Source: Bacillota bacterium
GTDB lineage: Bacteria > Bacillota_I > Bacilli_A > RF39 > UBA660
NCBI GenBank assembly: GCA_003524085.1
Contig: DOEC01000006.1
Coordinates: 1,146 to 65,145 of the forward strand
DNA: 64,000 bases
Direction: 5' to 3'
The translations under genes were made by a program, and so were the position numbers. Shown here piece by piece: positions 1-8,418 of this stretch. The notes under the pieces were generated by a model that saw only the letters and a list, made by a program, of their open reading frames with translations, ran no database searches and had not been told where the DNA came from. Each line of letters opens with the position of its first letter. The first letter of the stretch is position 1.

Positions 1-605
1 CAGTGACTACCCCATGAAATTATACCAAAACTTAAAAATGCAATTGCAGCTAGTCCTCCAGCAAGTCCGTCTTCTCCATCAGTTATATTAACCGCATTTG
101 ATGAGCCTACTAAAAGGAATAATATAAAGAAGCCATATGCCCATTTAAGGTCAATATCTAAGTTTAAACTTGTTACTATTAAATGAGTACTTCCACCATC
201 TTTCATATAAATATAAAAGAAAACTATTGCTATTAATATTTGTACAATTAACTTTTGTACAACAGTTAATCCATCATTATGATGCCTTTTAATCTTCTTT
301 AAATCATCTGCTAGTCCAAGTAGACTATAACTAATAAATACAAATAGTATAATTATAAGTGAAGACGATATTTCAAGTGATCCTCTTATATAAAGAAGTA
401 ACATTGCAATTATAGTAGGAATTATAAATATAAGTCCCCCTATAGTTGGAGTTCCTTCCTTTTGTAAGTGTCTTTCTGTAATCATTGTACAGATAGTTTG
501 TCTAAAATTTAATTTTTTCAATAATGGTAAAAGAATTAAGCCTGCGAATACTGATAAAAAGAAACCAAGCATTAACCCCAAAATTGATTTTGCTAGTATT
601 AACAT
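1..605 (-). CDS. mraY: Phospho-N-acetylmuramoyl-pentapeptide transferase MraY, N-terminal part (runs off window start)
   Basis: Hand translation of the minus strand from ATG at 603-605 gives MLILAKSILGLMLGFFLSVFAGLILLPLLKKLNFRQTI...HLQKEGTPTIGG. It is polytopic and lies directly downstream of a class B PBP as in dcw clusters. It is absent from the ORF track because it is truncated. Confidence 0.7.
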   Translation of the reverse strand, partial: MLILAKSILGLMLGFFLSVFAGLILLPLLKKLNFRQTICTMITERHLQKEGTPTIGGLIFIIPTIIAMLLLYIRGSLEISSSLIIILFVFISYSLLGLADDLKKIKRHHNDGLTVVQKLIVQILIAIVFFYIYMKDGGSTHLIVTSLNLDIDLKWAYGFFILFLLVGSSNAVNITDGEDGLAGGLAAIAFLSFGIISWGSH

Positions 606-678
606 TGTGTCTTCCTCCTTACTTCTAATTATACACTACTAATCACTATTATTTCAAATGTTTTAGTATAACTAATCA

Positions 679-2598
679 TTAATTTAACATTAATTTTACA
701 ACCGACCCTTCTTTTACACGTTTCCCACTTTCAGGATTAGTCATTATTACAGTTTCACCACTTCCAGAATATTCTAGTTTAAAACCATTTAATAGTTGTT
801 TTGCTTCTTTTATAGTTTTTCCCCTTACATCTGGTACTGTGGTATACTTTGTCTCATACCAAAAGTATTCTCTTGGCATACCTTCAGTTGTTGATTCTAA
901 GTTGTGTAGGTTAATTATTCCGTTAAATACGTTTCTTGCAATCGGAGCTGAAGTAGAGCCACCATATTGTGTTGCGCCTTTTGCTCCATCTACTCCGATA
1001 TAAACAATATATTCTGGATCGTTAGCTGGCATAAAGCCTATAAATGACAAAATGTAATTTCCAATCATGTATCTTCCATCACTTCCAACTTTTTGTGCTG
1101 TTCCAGTTTTTCCGCCTATTCTATATCCTTCAATGTATGCATTATGTCCACTTCCATTTGCAACAACGCTTTCTAGTGCGTATTTGACTAAGTTGCTTGT
1201 TTCTTTTGTAATTAAATTTTCTTTTTTTAATGTAGGATATATTTCTTTTATGATTAGTCCAGTTTCTCTTTCACTAATGCTTTTCATTACATATGGTGTA
1301 TACATATTTCCGTCATTTATTATACTACTTACGGCTAAGACTTGCTGCATTGCCGTTACTGAGACACCTTGACCAAAACTAGTTGTCGCAAGTTCTAGTG
1401 GTCCTACTTTATCTAAGGGAAATATAATTCCTTTGCTTTCTCCATTTAGATCTATTCCAGTTTTCTTACCAAAACCAAATTTATCTATGTAGTTAAAAAG
1501 CACATCTTTCCCAAGTTTATTACCAAGAACTACAAAACCGGGGTTACAAGAGTTTTCTACTACTTCTAAAAACGTTTCTTCACCGTGACCTCCTGCTTTC
1601 CAACAATGTAAAGTACTACCTGCTACTTTTATTTTTCCTGTGTCATAGTACTTATCTTCAAATAAATTAACCTTTCCCTCATTTATGGATGCGGCTAGTG
1701 TTAAAATTTTGAATGTTGAACCGGGCTCAAAGCTACTCCAAATAGCTAAGTTTCTATTTATTACTTCTACACTATAACTCTGGTATTTCTCTGGTTCAAA
1801 ACTAGGACGACTAGCCATTGCAAGTATTTCTCCAGTTTTAGGTTTCATAACTATTCCAATTGCGCCTTCCATGTTGTACTTAACCTCGGCATTATCAAGT
1901 TCACTTTCTAACATTAGTTGTAAATCTAAATCAATTGTTAAATTTATATCTAAACCTGATACTGGACTTGCGTATACTTCAGGCACTGAAAGTTTTTTAC
2001 CTTTGCCATCACTATAATATTTAATACTTCCATCTGTACCTGTCAAGTATTTGTCATACATTAACTCTAGCCCACTTAAACCTTGATTATCTATTCCAAC
2101 ATAACCGATTACATGGCTAAGTGTTTTACCGTATGGATAATTTCTTTTAGTTTCTTTAAGTAAATATACTCCGTCATAGTTTAGTTCATTAATTTTTGAT
2201 GCGATTTCGTAACTTAAATCTCTTCCTTCTGGGTGTACTCTTTCTATTGATGTTTTTTTAGAAACGTGTTTATACATATCTTCATAGCTTACTCCAAGAA
2301 TTTCACTAATATTTTTTGCAACAGTTTCTTTATCTTTAATCTGTGCTGGAATTAATATAAGGCTAGAAGTTGTTACGTTTCCTGCTATTACTTTCCCGTT
2401 TCTATCAAGTATTCTACCACGGTCAGCTCCAACGGGTAAGTTTCTACTCCATAAACTATTAGCGAGTGTATTTAATTTTCTGTATTCTATAACTTGTATG
2501 TAAAAAACTTTAATAATGACTATTAAAAATATCGCTATTACTATTAGAAAAACCAATTTAATTCTACTATTTTGCGTATTTTGAAACATATAATTCAC
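679..2598 (-). CDS. Class B penicillin-binding protein (FtsI/SpoVD-like transpeptidase with one C-terminal PASTA domain)
   Basis: 639-aa ORF with an N-terminal TM. It has SxxK (STFK), SxN (SCN) and KTG (KTGTA) motifs. The C-terminus VPDVRGKTIKEAKQLL...VVKLMLN is PASTA-like. Confidence 0.9.
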   Translation of the reverse strand: MNYMFQNTQNSRIKLVFLIVIAIFLIVIIKVFYIQVIEYRKLNTLANSLWSRNLPVGADRGRILDRNGKVIAGNVTTSSLILIPAQIKDKETVAKNISEILGVSYEDMYKHVSKKTSIERVHPEGRDLSYEIASKINELNYDGVYLLKETKRNYPYGKTLSHVIGYVGIDNQGLSGLELMYDKYLTGTDGSIKYYSDGKGKKLSVPEVYASPVSGLDINLTIDLDLQLMLESELDNAEVKYNMEGAIGIVMKPKTGEILAMASRPSFEPEKYQSYSVEVINRNLAIWSSFEPGSTFKILTLAASINEGKVNLFEDKYYDTGKIKVAGSTLHCWKAGGHGEETFLEVVENSCNPGFVVLGNKLGKDVLFNYIDKFGFGKKTGIDLNGESKGIIFPLDKVGPLELATTSFGQGVSVTAMQQVLAVSSIINDGNMYTPYVMKSISERETGLIIKEIYPTLKKENLITKETSNLVKYALESVVANGSGHNAYIEGYRIGGKTGTAQKVGSDGRYMIGNYILSFIGFMPANDPEYIVYIGVDGAKGATQYGGSTSAPIARNVFNGIINLHNLESTTEGMPREYFWYETKYTTVPDVRGKTIKEAKQLLNGFKLEYSGSGETVIMTNPESGKRVKEGSVVKLMLN

Positions 2599-2661
2599 CG
2601 CTTAAGTATATGTTGCTTTTATAAATTTATAACTTTAGATAGGATAGTCTCTTTTTGATTC

Positions 2662-2747
2662 CTTAAAATCTTACGGTTAAAAGTCTTAAAATCTTACGGT
2701 TGAAAATCTTAAAATCTTACGGTTAGAATTCTTAAAAGTGTACGGTT
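2662..2747. repeat. Four tandem direct repeats, period 23 bp (17-nt core CTTAAAATCTTACGGTT plus 6-nt spacers)
   Basis: Cores lie at 2662-2678, 2685-2701 and 2708-2724 (identical) and 2731-2747 (CTTAAAAGTGTACGGTT, 3 substitutions). The array ends 4 nt before a -35 box. Confidence 0.9.
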
Positions 2748-2751
2748 ATTA

Positions 2752-2780
2752 TTGAAAATATGCTTATTTTATGGTAAAAT
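2752..2780 (+). promoter_or_regulatory. SigA-type promoter of the DUF4143 ATPase gene
   Basis: TTGAAA (2752-2757), 17-nt spacer, TAAAAT (2775-2780) with an upstream TG. An AGGAG RBS follows at 2787-2791. Confidence 0.6.
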
Positions 2781-2800
2781 TAATACAGGAGATGAGATAT

Positions 2801-4072
2801 ATGACTTTAACAAAAGAAGGATATAAAGATAGATTAATTGATAAAAAAATTAATGAGTGTTTGAAAGTTTTTGGGGCTGTTTCTATAAATGGACCTAAAT
2901 GGTGTGGGAAAACTTGGACTAGTTTAAATCACGCTAAAACAGTTAAGTATATTAATACAAACGATAAAAAATTATTTAATCTAGCTCAAATGGATGTTAA
3001 TCAAATACTTGTAGGTGATTATCCAATACTAATAGATGAATGGCAATTAATTCCACAGATATGGGATAGTGTTAGAAGAAAATGTGATGAAGATAAAATT
3101 AAAGGAAAATTCATTTTAACTGGCTCAGCTGTAGAAAAAGAAAATACAGTAGACCACTCAGGTGCTGGAAGAATATGCAAGTTAAATATGAAAACAATGT
3201 CTCTTTATGAATCTGGTGACTCAGATGGTTCTGTTTCTTTAAATGATTTGTTTAAAAATGCTGAAATTAAAAATCAACCTACTAGGGAATTAACACTTCT
3301 AGAAATATCAGATTTAATATTAAAAGGTGGTTGGCCTGAAAATACTGATAAATCAGCGAAGGACTCACAATTGATAGCTAAAAGTTATATTGAAGATATT
3401 TTAGATAAAGATATTAACGAAATAGATGGCGTTCAAAGAGATAGAAATAAGATGGAAATGTTGTTAAAGTCTCTTGCTAGAAATGAGTCAACATTAGCTT
3501 CTAACGAAACTTTAATAAAAGATATTATAGAGAATGAATATGACTCAATAAATAAAGAAACTGTTGGAGAATATTTAAATGTTTTAGATAAATTATTTTT
3601 AATTGAAAACCAACAAGCTTTTAATCCAAACGTCCGTTCAAGAGATAATGTAGGAAAAACTGCAAAGAGACACTTGACTGACCCTTCTTTAGCTTGTGCT
3701 TTACTTGGCTTAAACTATAATAAATTAATTAACGATTTAAATACTTTTGGTTTCTTGTTTGAAGCTCTAGTTGAAAGAGACTTAAGGATTTATTCAGAGT
3801 ATAATGACGGGGAATTAAGACACTTTAGAAATAATGTTAGTGGTTTAGAAGTTGACGCTATTGTAATTAACGAAGATGGAGAATATGGTGCTGTTGAAAT
3901 TAAGTTAGGTGCTAACCAAATTGAGGAAGCTAAGGAAAACCTTTTAAAATTTTATGAAAAAGTTGATAAGAAACCCAAGTTTATGTGTATCATATGTGGT
4001 TTATGGGGAAATGTAGTTAAGGACCCTGTTAGTGGAATTTATATATTACCTATAACTTCATTAAGACCTTAA
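2801..4072 (+). CDS. AAA+ ATP-binding protein, DUF4143 family
   Basis: ORF track 2771..4072. I prefer ATG 2801 because the longer ORF start overlaps the -10 box. Walker A-like GPKWCGKT, Walker B-like ILIDEWQ, and a typical ~420-aa AAA_14/DUF4143 layout. Confidence 0.7.
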   Translation: MTLTKEGYKDRLIDKKINECLKVFGAVSINGPKWCGKTWTSLNHAKTVKYINTNDKKLFNLAQMDVNQILVGDYPILIDEWQLIPQIWDSVRRKCDEDKIKGKFILTGSAVEKENTVDHSGAGRICKLNMKTMSLYESGDSDGSVSLNDLFKNAEIKNQPTRELTLLEISDLILKGGWPENTDKSAKDSQLIAKSYIEDILDKDINEIDGVQRDRNKMEMLLKSLARNESTLASNETLIKDIIENEYDSINKETVGEYLNVLDKLFLIENQQAFNPNVRSRDNVGKTAKRHLTDPSLACALLGLNYNKLINDLNTFGFLFEALVERDLRIYSEYNDGELRHFRNNVSGLEVDAIVINEDGEYGAVEIKLGANQIEEAKENLLKFYEKVDKKPKFMCIICGLWGNVVKDPVSGIYILPITSLRP

Positions 4073-4124
4073 AATGTGATTAAACAAAATCGCATTTTTT
4101 TATGTCATAAAAAAAGCATTTGAA

Positions 4125-4640
4125 TTAGTTACATTCAAACACTTTATCACCAAACACATATACATTATCACTTTTTTTAGCAGTGTATTCTTTATCTTTA
4201 TACTTAAAAGTTATTTTCTTTCCTTTAATCTTACTAATTGTAACGTCTTTTTTTAGATTATCCATTAATGTATCATCTATTTGATAATCTAATATACATC
4301 CACCTGTTCCTGTAGTATAAAGTTCTGCATCTATTTCTCTATATTTTCTAGCTAAAACTTTGTTTAACTCTTCATTTAATTTTCCAGTAAATACTGAATT
4401 TATAGTATCCTCTATTTTTTCATAACTGTTATATGTACTATTAGCTGTTTTATACCAATTAACATCTTTTAATGTGACTTTTGAGTCTTCATAAACAGGT
4501 AACCCTACTCCTTCAGTAATATAAATTGACGCATAAGCTTTTTCTAATGAGTCATAAAACATTGTAGTTTTTTCTTCATCAGTTGTTCCGCATCCAGTTA
4601 ATAACACAAGTGATAAAATAACAATAATAATCTTTTTCAT
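4125..4640 (-). CDS. Lipoprotein of unknown function
   Basis: Signal peptide with lipobox MKKIIIVILSLVLLTGCG. 171 aa. Confidence 0.65.
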   Translation of the reverse strand: MKKIIIVILSLVLLTGCGTTDEEKTTMFYDSLEKAYASIYITEGVGLPVYEDSKVTLKDVNWYKTANSTYNSYEKIEDTINSVFTGKLNEELNKVLARKYREIDAELYTTGTGGCILDYQIDDTLMDNLKKDVTISKIKGKKITFKYKDKEYTAKKSDNVYVFGDKVFECN

Positions 4641-4698
4641 TTCTTCATACTCTCCTTTATATTAATAATTTTATCATATTTTTTTATATTTTTATAGA

Positions 4699-6612
4699 CT
4701 ATTTTAACAATTTTTCTATTTTTTCTAATAGTAAGTCAAAATCAAATCCACTAGTTTCTAATACTTCTCTTTCTCTATTAGAATATACATAATCATTTAA
4801 AGTTATTAAATATTTATCACTATAAACAAATTTATTCCAAATATTATCACTACTCATTTCAATAGCTACCACTTTAGCGCCTACTGGAAATAACTCTTGC
4901 TTATACTCTTTTTCATTCTTTAAATATAAGTTAACGCTTGGCATTGATACTACTCTTGTAAATAAGCCTCTGTTTTCTAATTCATCACTTATTCTTAAAG
5001 ATAATTCTACTTCATTACCTGTTGAAACTATTACACCACCAAGTCTACCTTTTTCTTTCTTAATGATGTATGCTCCTTTACTTACTTCATTGATAGAAGA
5101 ATTATCTAACATTCCTTTATATTTTTTAGTTATAATTAATGCACTTGGTATTTTTTTATTTATAATATAGTCCCAAGAACCAACTAATTCATTCACATCA
5201 GCAGATCTCATTACATTTAAATTAGGAATACTTCTTAAATCGCTTAATTCATTAACTACTTCAGTATATTTATTATTACTTGTATCTATAAAAGTATCGT
5301 TAACAAAGATATAACTTACTGATTTTTTAATTATACTAGACATTTTAAGTGAAGACTTCATGTAGCTAGAATTACTTAAAGTTGTTTCTATTACTGGTTT
5401 TAAGTTTAGTAAAGACATTCCATTTGCTATCATACCACCTGATAAATATTTAGTACCTAAATATATAGTTTTATCTTTATCAAATTCTATTTTAGTTTCA
5501 TTTTTATTATATAAATCAATATTAATCATTAACGGGCACATACTAGAAATAGCATTAAGTAAATTATTATTTGTTTCTCTTAAGTCTTCTTGCATATTTT
5601 CATCAAATCCAACTTTGATATTTTTAATATTCATTTTAAAGTTATCTTCTTCTAATAAACTTATTATTTTTTTCTTTTCTTCATTCACTTCAATAATCTT
5701 ATTATATGTACTTACCCATTCATTATAGTAAGTGTTATTTTTTTCTAAGATATTTTTAAATTCATTATATGAACTTGCTGATATGTGATATGGCACTTGT
5801 GTAATACTCATTTTTTCTTTAACTAAAGCTAAATCGTTTTCACTTATTACATACTCATGACCCTTTGGACTTGCTTGCATACTTGTACCTATTGCTATCA
5901 TTGTTTTAATTTCAATTATGCTAGGTTTACCACTTTCTTTAGCTCTTGTAATAGCTTTATCTATTAAAGTATAATCTTCTGCATTAGTTACTGTTTCAAC
6001 AAAATAGCCTAGGCTTTCTAAATATTTAAGTTTGTTTGTGTAGCTAGATGTATCTTTTTTACCATCCACTGTAGTTTCAAATGAATTATATAAAATAATT
6101 AGATTATTTAAGTTTTCTTTAGCAGCTACTTCTAAAGATTCCATTGCTACAGGACTAGAGATGCACTCATCTGTTACTAATGTATAAGTGTAGAAATTAA
6201 TTAGTTCTTTACCAAGCAACTTTTGCATGTATTTACTACCAAGTGTAACTCCTACAGCCAAAGACAACCCTTCACCATTTTTTCCAGTTGTACTTTCAAT
6301 ACCAATACTAGGGTTAAGTTCAGGATACACACTTAGTTTACCACTTCCATAATTTTTAACATCTTCTAGTGTTATGTTGTAGCCTGAATATAAAAGTATA
6401 CTATATAATAAAGGTGCAGCACCTGGTGTGGACAATATAAATCTGTCTCTATTTATCCAAGTTGGATCAGTACTTACAAAATGCATGTGTTTTGTAAATA
6501 CCGTATATATTGTCGGTGCTAGAGAAAGCGTTAGTCCAGCGTCACCTAGTCCCCTATTATAAATCATGTCTACACTCAAACTTCTTAAAGAATTAATTAA
6601 CTTAGTATCCAT
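4699..6612 (-). CDS. Transketolase-fold protein lacking canonical ThDP/catalytic residues (putative pseudoenzyme)
   Basis: 637 aa, collinear with transketolases (DRDRFILS, GIESTTG, FYTYTLV, MIANGMS, VVSMPS). The SGHPG, GDG..N, REF and DGPTHQ motifs are replaced (see findings). Confidence 0.7.
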   Translation of the reverse strand: MDTKLINSLRSLSVDMIYNRGLGDAGLTLSLAPTIYTVFTKHMHFVSTDPTWINRDRFILSTPGAAPLLYSILLYSGYNITLEDVKNYGSGKLSVYPELNPSIGIESTTGKNGEGLSLAVGVTLGSKYMQKLLGKELINFYTYTLVTDECISSPVAMESLEVAAKENLNNLIILYNSFETTVDGKKDTSSYTNKLKYLESLGYFVETVTNAEDYTLIDKAITRAKESGKPSIIEIKTMIAIGTSMQASPKGHEYVISENDLALVKEKMSITQVPYHISASSYNEFKNILEKNNTYYNEWVSTYNKIIEVNEEKKKIISLLEEDNFKMNIKNIKVGFDENMQEDLRETNNNLLNAISSMCPLMINIDLYNKNETKIEFDKDKTIYLGTKYLSGGMIANGMSLLNLKPVIETTLSNSSYMKSSLKMSSIIKKSVSYIFVNDTFIDTSNNKYTEVVNELSDLRSIPNLNVMRSADVNELVGSWDYIINKKIPSALIITKKYKGMLDNSSINEVSKGAYIIKKEKGRLGGVIVSTGNEVELSLRISDELENRGLFTRVVSMPSVNLYLKNEKEYKQELFPVGAKVVAIEMSSDNIWNKFVYSDKYLITLNDYVYSNREREVLETSGFDFDLLLEKIEKLLK

Positions 6613-6672
6613 ATTTTCACCTTCTTATTATAATTTAATTATAACACATGAGAAAATACTAAGCAACTATTT

Positions 6673-6828
6673 TTATGCGTAGTAAACTTCTACCTCTATT
6701 GGAGTTTTCACATTACTAGCATTTACATCTTCTATCTTTTTAGTAAGCATAAATGCAAGTATCGCTATAATAAAATAGAATAACAATATACCTTTCATAC
6801 TATTAAATAATTTTTCAACTTTTTCCAT
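6673..6828 (-). CDS. Unannotated 51-aa single-pass membrane protein, divergent from lexA
   Basis: Hand translation gives MEKVEKLFNSMKGILLFYFIIAILAFMLTKKIEDVNASNVKTPIEVEVYYA*. An AGGAGAG RBS lies 8 nt upstream, and the gene has its own consensus promoter. It is below the length shown in the ORF track. Confidence 0.55.
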   Translation of the reverse strand: MEKVEKLFNSMKGILLFYFIIAILAFMLTKKIEDVNASNVKTPIEVEVYYA

Positions 6829-6852
6829 TTCATTCACTCTCCTTATGCACCT

Positions 6853-6929
6853 ATTTTATAACATATATTAGTTTGTGTCAATATTAAATCGCAAAAATGT
6901 TTGACAAATTTACATTTGTGTGTTAAACT
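6853..6929. promoter_or_regulatory. Divergent promoter pair (small gene / lexA), each carrying a 16-bp ACA-N10-TGT palindrome
   Basis: Minus strand: TTGACA (6876-6881), 17 nt, TAAAAT (6853-6858). Plus strand: TTGACA (6901-6906), 17 nt, TAAACT (6924-6929). Palindromes are ACATATATTAGTTTGT (6861-6876) and ACAAATTTACATTTGT (6904-6919). Confidence 0.6.
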
Positions 6930-6952
6930 ATTATCAGAAAGGATGTGAAACT

Positions 6953-7570
6953 ATGGAAAAATTAACTAAAAAACAAGAAGAAGTCTTGACAGTTATTAAA
7001 AAATACATAGCTGAACACGGCTATGCTCCAAGTGTAAGAGAAGTTTGTGAACTTATGAATTTAAGTTCAACTGCAACTGTATTCGTACATATGAGACATC
7101 TTATGAAGAAAGGATATTTAAAACAAACAGATAATAAATTTAGAACACTAGAAGTTTTAGTACCAAACGAATACTTAGAAAAAAATGAAGACGTTGTAAA
7201 CGTTCCACTACTTGGAAAAGTTACATGTGGTAACCCTATTGAAGCTATTGAGTTTCCTGATGAATACATAGCTTTACCAGCATTCATGATACCTAAGAAA
7301 GAAGAAATATTTACATTAAAAACTGAAGGAATGAGCATGAAGAACGTTGGAATATATGATGGAGATATAGTTATAGTAAAAAGACAAAAGAATGCAAAAA
7401 ATGGAGATTATGTTGTAGCACTTGATGAAAATGGATTTACTACATTAAAGACATTTTATAAAGAAAATGGATATTTTAGACTACAACCAGAAAACGAAAC
7501 TATGGACCCTATTATACTTGATAAAGTTGAGATACTTGGAATTGCAATAGGTCTATATAGAAAGTTTTAG
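6953..7570 (+). CDS. lexA: LexA repressor
   Basis: ORF track 6920..7570, with the start moved to MEKLTKKQEEVL (RBS AAAGGA). N-terminal wHTH (GYAPSVREVCELMNLSSTATV). C-terminal S24 peptidase with GMSM and VVKRQ (Ser/Lys dyad context). Confidence 0.9.
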   Translation: MEKLTKKQEEVLTVIKKYIAEHGYAPSVREVCELMNLSSTATVFVHMRHLMKKGYLKQTDNKFRTLEVLVPNEYLEKNEDVVNVPLLGKVTCGNPIEAIEFPDEYIALPAFMIPKKEEIFTLKTEGMSMKNVGIYDGDIVIVKRQKNAKNGDYVVALDENGFTTLKTFYKENGYFRLQPENETMDPIILDKVEILGIAIGLYRKF

Positions 7571-7571
7571 T

Positions 7572-7612
7572 AAAAAAATATAGAAGCTAACTGATAACTT
7601 CTATATTTTTTT
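7572..7612. terminator. Bidirectional rho-independent terminator between convergent lexA and nusG
   Basis: A-run, stem ATATAGAAG (7578-7586) / CTTCTATAT (7598-7606), then a T-run. Confidence 0.8.
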
Positions 7613-7616
7613 ATGT

Positions 7617-8156
7617 CTAGCATTTGCTAATTTGAACTAAATCTACTTCTACTGGTGTTTCTTGTCCAAATAAATCTATTAAAACATTTAACTTTTCGTT
7701 TTCTAAATCAATACTTTGAACTTTACCAAACATTCCATTAAATGGTCCATCAACAATTTTAACTGAATCGCCTTCTTGTAAGTCTGTTTCAATGTCAAGT
7801 CTACTAAGTCCTTCACTAGCTAGAATTTTATCTATTTCTTGTGGAGATAATGGAATTGGTTTAGCACCCTTACCACTACTACCGATAAATCCAGTAACTC
7901 CTGGAGTATTTCTAACTGCATACCAAGCTTCGTCACTCATAATCATTTCAACAAGTACATAACCTGGAAACATCTTCTTTGTTTTTTCTTTCTTAATGCC
8001 ATCTTTAATTTCAACTTCTTTAGTTTCTGGAACAATAACTCTAAAAATATTATTTCCCATACCCATTGAGTCTTTTCTCATAAGTAAGTTTTCTTTTACT
8101 TTACTTTCATGGCCTGAATAAGTATTAACAACATACCATAACTTTTGATTTTCCAT
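7617..8156 (-). CDS. nusG: Transcription termination/antitermination factor NusG
   Basis: 179 aa. It starts WYVVNTYSGHE, has the NGN domain, and a C-terminal KOW (GDSVKIVDGPFNGMFGKV). Confidence 0.95.
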   Translation of the reverse strand: MENQKLWYVVNTYSGHESKVKENLLMRKDSMGMGNNIFRVIVPETKEVEIKDGIKKEKTKKMFPGYVLVEMIMSDEAWYAVRNTPGVTGFIGSSGKGAKPIPLSPQEIDKILASEGLSRLDIETDLQEGDSVKIVDGPFNGMFGKVQSIDLENEKLNVLIDLFGQETPVEVDLVQISKC

Positions 8157-8159
8157 AAT

Positions 8160-8339
8160 TTATCCCACGATTCCTTTCAAGAAAGTAAATAATACATCTA
8201 GTAAGTAAAAATATCCACCAAAGAACACCATTAAAGTAAGAACCATTACTGAATACTTAAATAAATCTTTACCACTAGGCCACCTTACCATCTTTTTTTC
8301 TTTACTAACACCTTTAAAAAATGCCTTGATTTTTTTCAT
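8160..8339 (-). CDS. secE: Preprotein translocase subunit SecE
   Basis: This is the ORF track frame, with the likely start at MKKIKAFFKGVSKEKKMVRWPS... after a GGAGGG RBS. Single C-terminal TM, located immediately upstream of nusG. Confidence 0.8.
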   Translation of the reverse strand: MKKIKAFFKGVSKEKKMVRWPSGKDLFKYSVMVLTLMVFFGGYFYLLDVLFTFLKGIVG

Positions 8340-8349
8340 AAGTCCCTCC

Positions 8350-8373
8350 ATAAAAAAAACACTTACGTGTTTC
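8350..8373 (-). terminator. Weak hairpin plus T-run between sigE and secE
   Basis: On the minus strand: AAACAC-GTAA-GTGTTT followed by T8, ending just before the secE RBS. The stem is only 6 bp. Confidence 0.35.
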
Positions 8374-8418
8374 AGTAATTTAAATATACTACAAATTAAA
8401 GAAAAATACAAGTGTTTT

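Noticed and set aside
1067-1372. Many 60-180-aa ORFs in the track lie antisense to longer, motif-bearing genes. Examples are 1067..1372, 7021..7338, 8810..9052, 9678..9899, 14533..15592, 17409..17900, 19616..19810, 20672..21085, 23963..25238, 26744..27037, 36359..36691, 40678..40896, 42312..42821, 50311..51367, 52390..52584, 53229..53540, 54596..54958, 55490..55756, 56748..58467, 60026..62547 and 62766..63062.
   Set aside because: They are low-complexity (S/L/F/I-rich) mirror frames of K/E/N-rich genes in an AT-rich genome. They have no RBS or motifs, and each is fully contained in a well-supported gene on the other strand.
2662-2747. The tandem repeats, considered as a CRISPR array.
   Set aside because: The spacers are only 6 nt, there are only four 17-nt units, and no cas genes are present. 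The array lies directly against a promoter.
6890-6903. CGCAAAAATGTTTG overlapping the lexA -35 box, and CGAACAAAAGGTTG at the rmuC -35 box (~63080-63095), considered as canonical Cheo-type LexA boxes.
   Set aside because: Each has three or more mismatches or the wrong spacing relative to CGAAC-N4-GTTCG. The resemblance is largely created by the TTGACA -35 hexamer itself.
8160-8411. The 24-codon N-terminal extension of secE in the track ORF. In addition, two compensating one-base discrepancies appeared (near 8280 and 8400) when I hand-translated this ORF.
   Set aside because: The extension starts at TTG and contains the GGAGGG RBS of the MKKIKAFF start, so it is not coding. I attribute the frame discrepancies to my own miscounting of homopolymer runs, because the computed track shows an intact frame and the flanking genes are in register.
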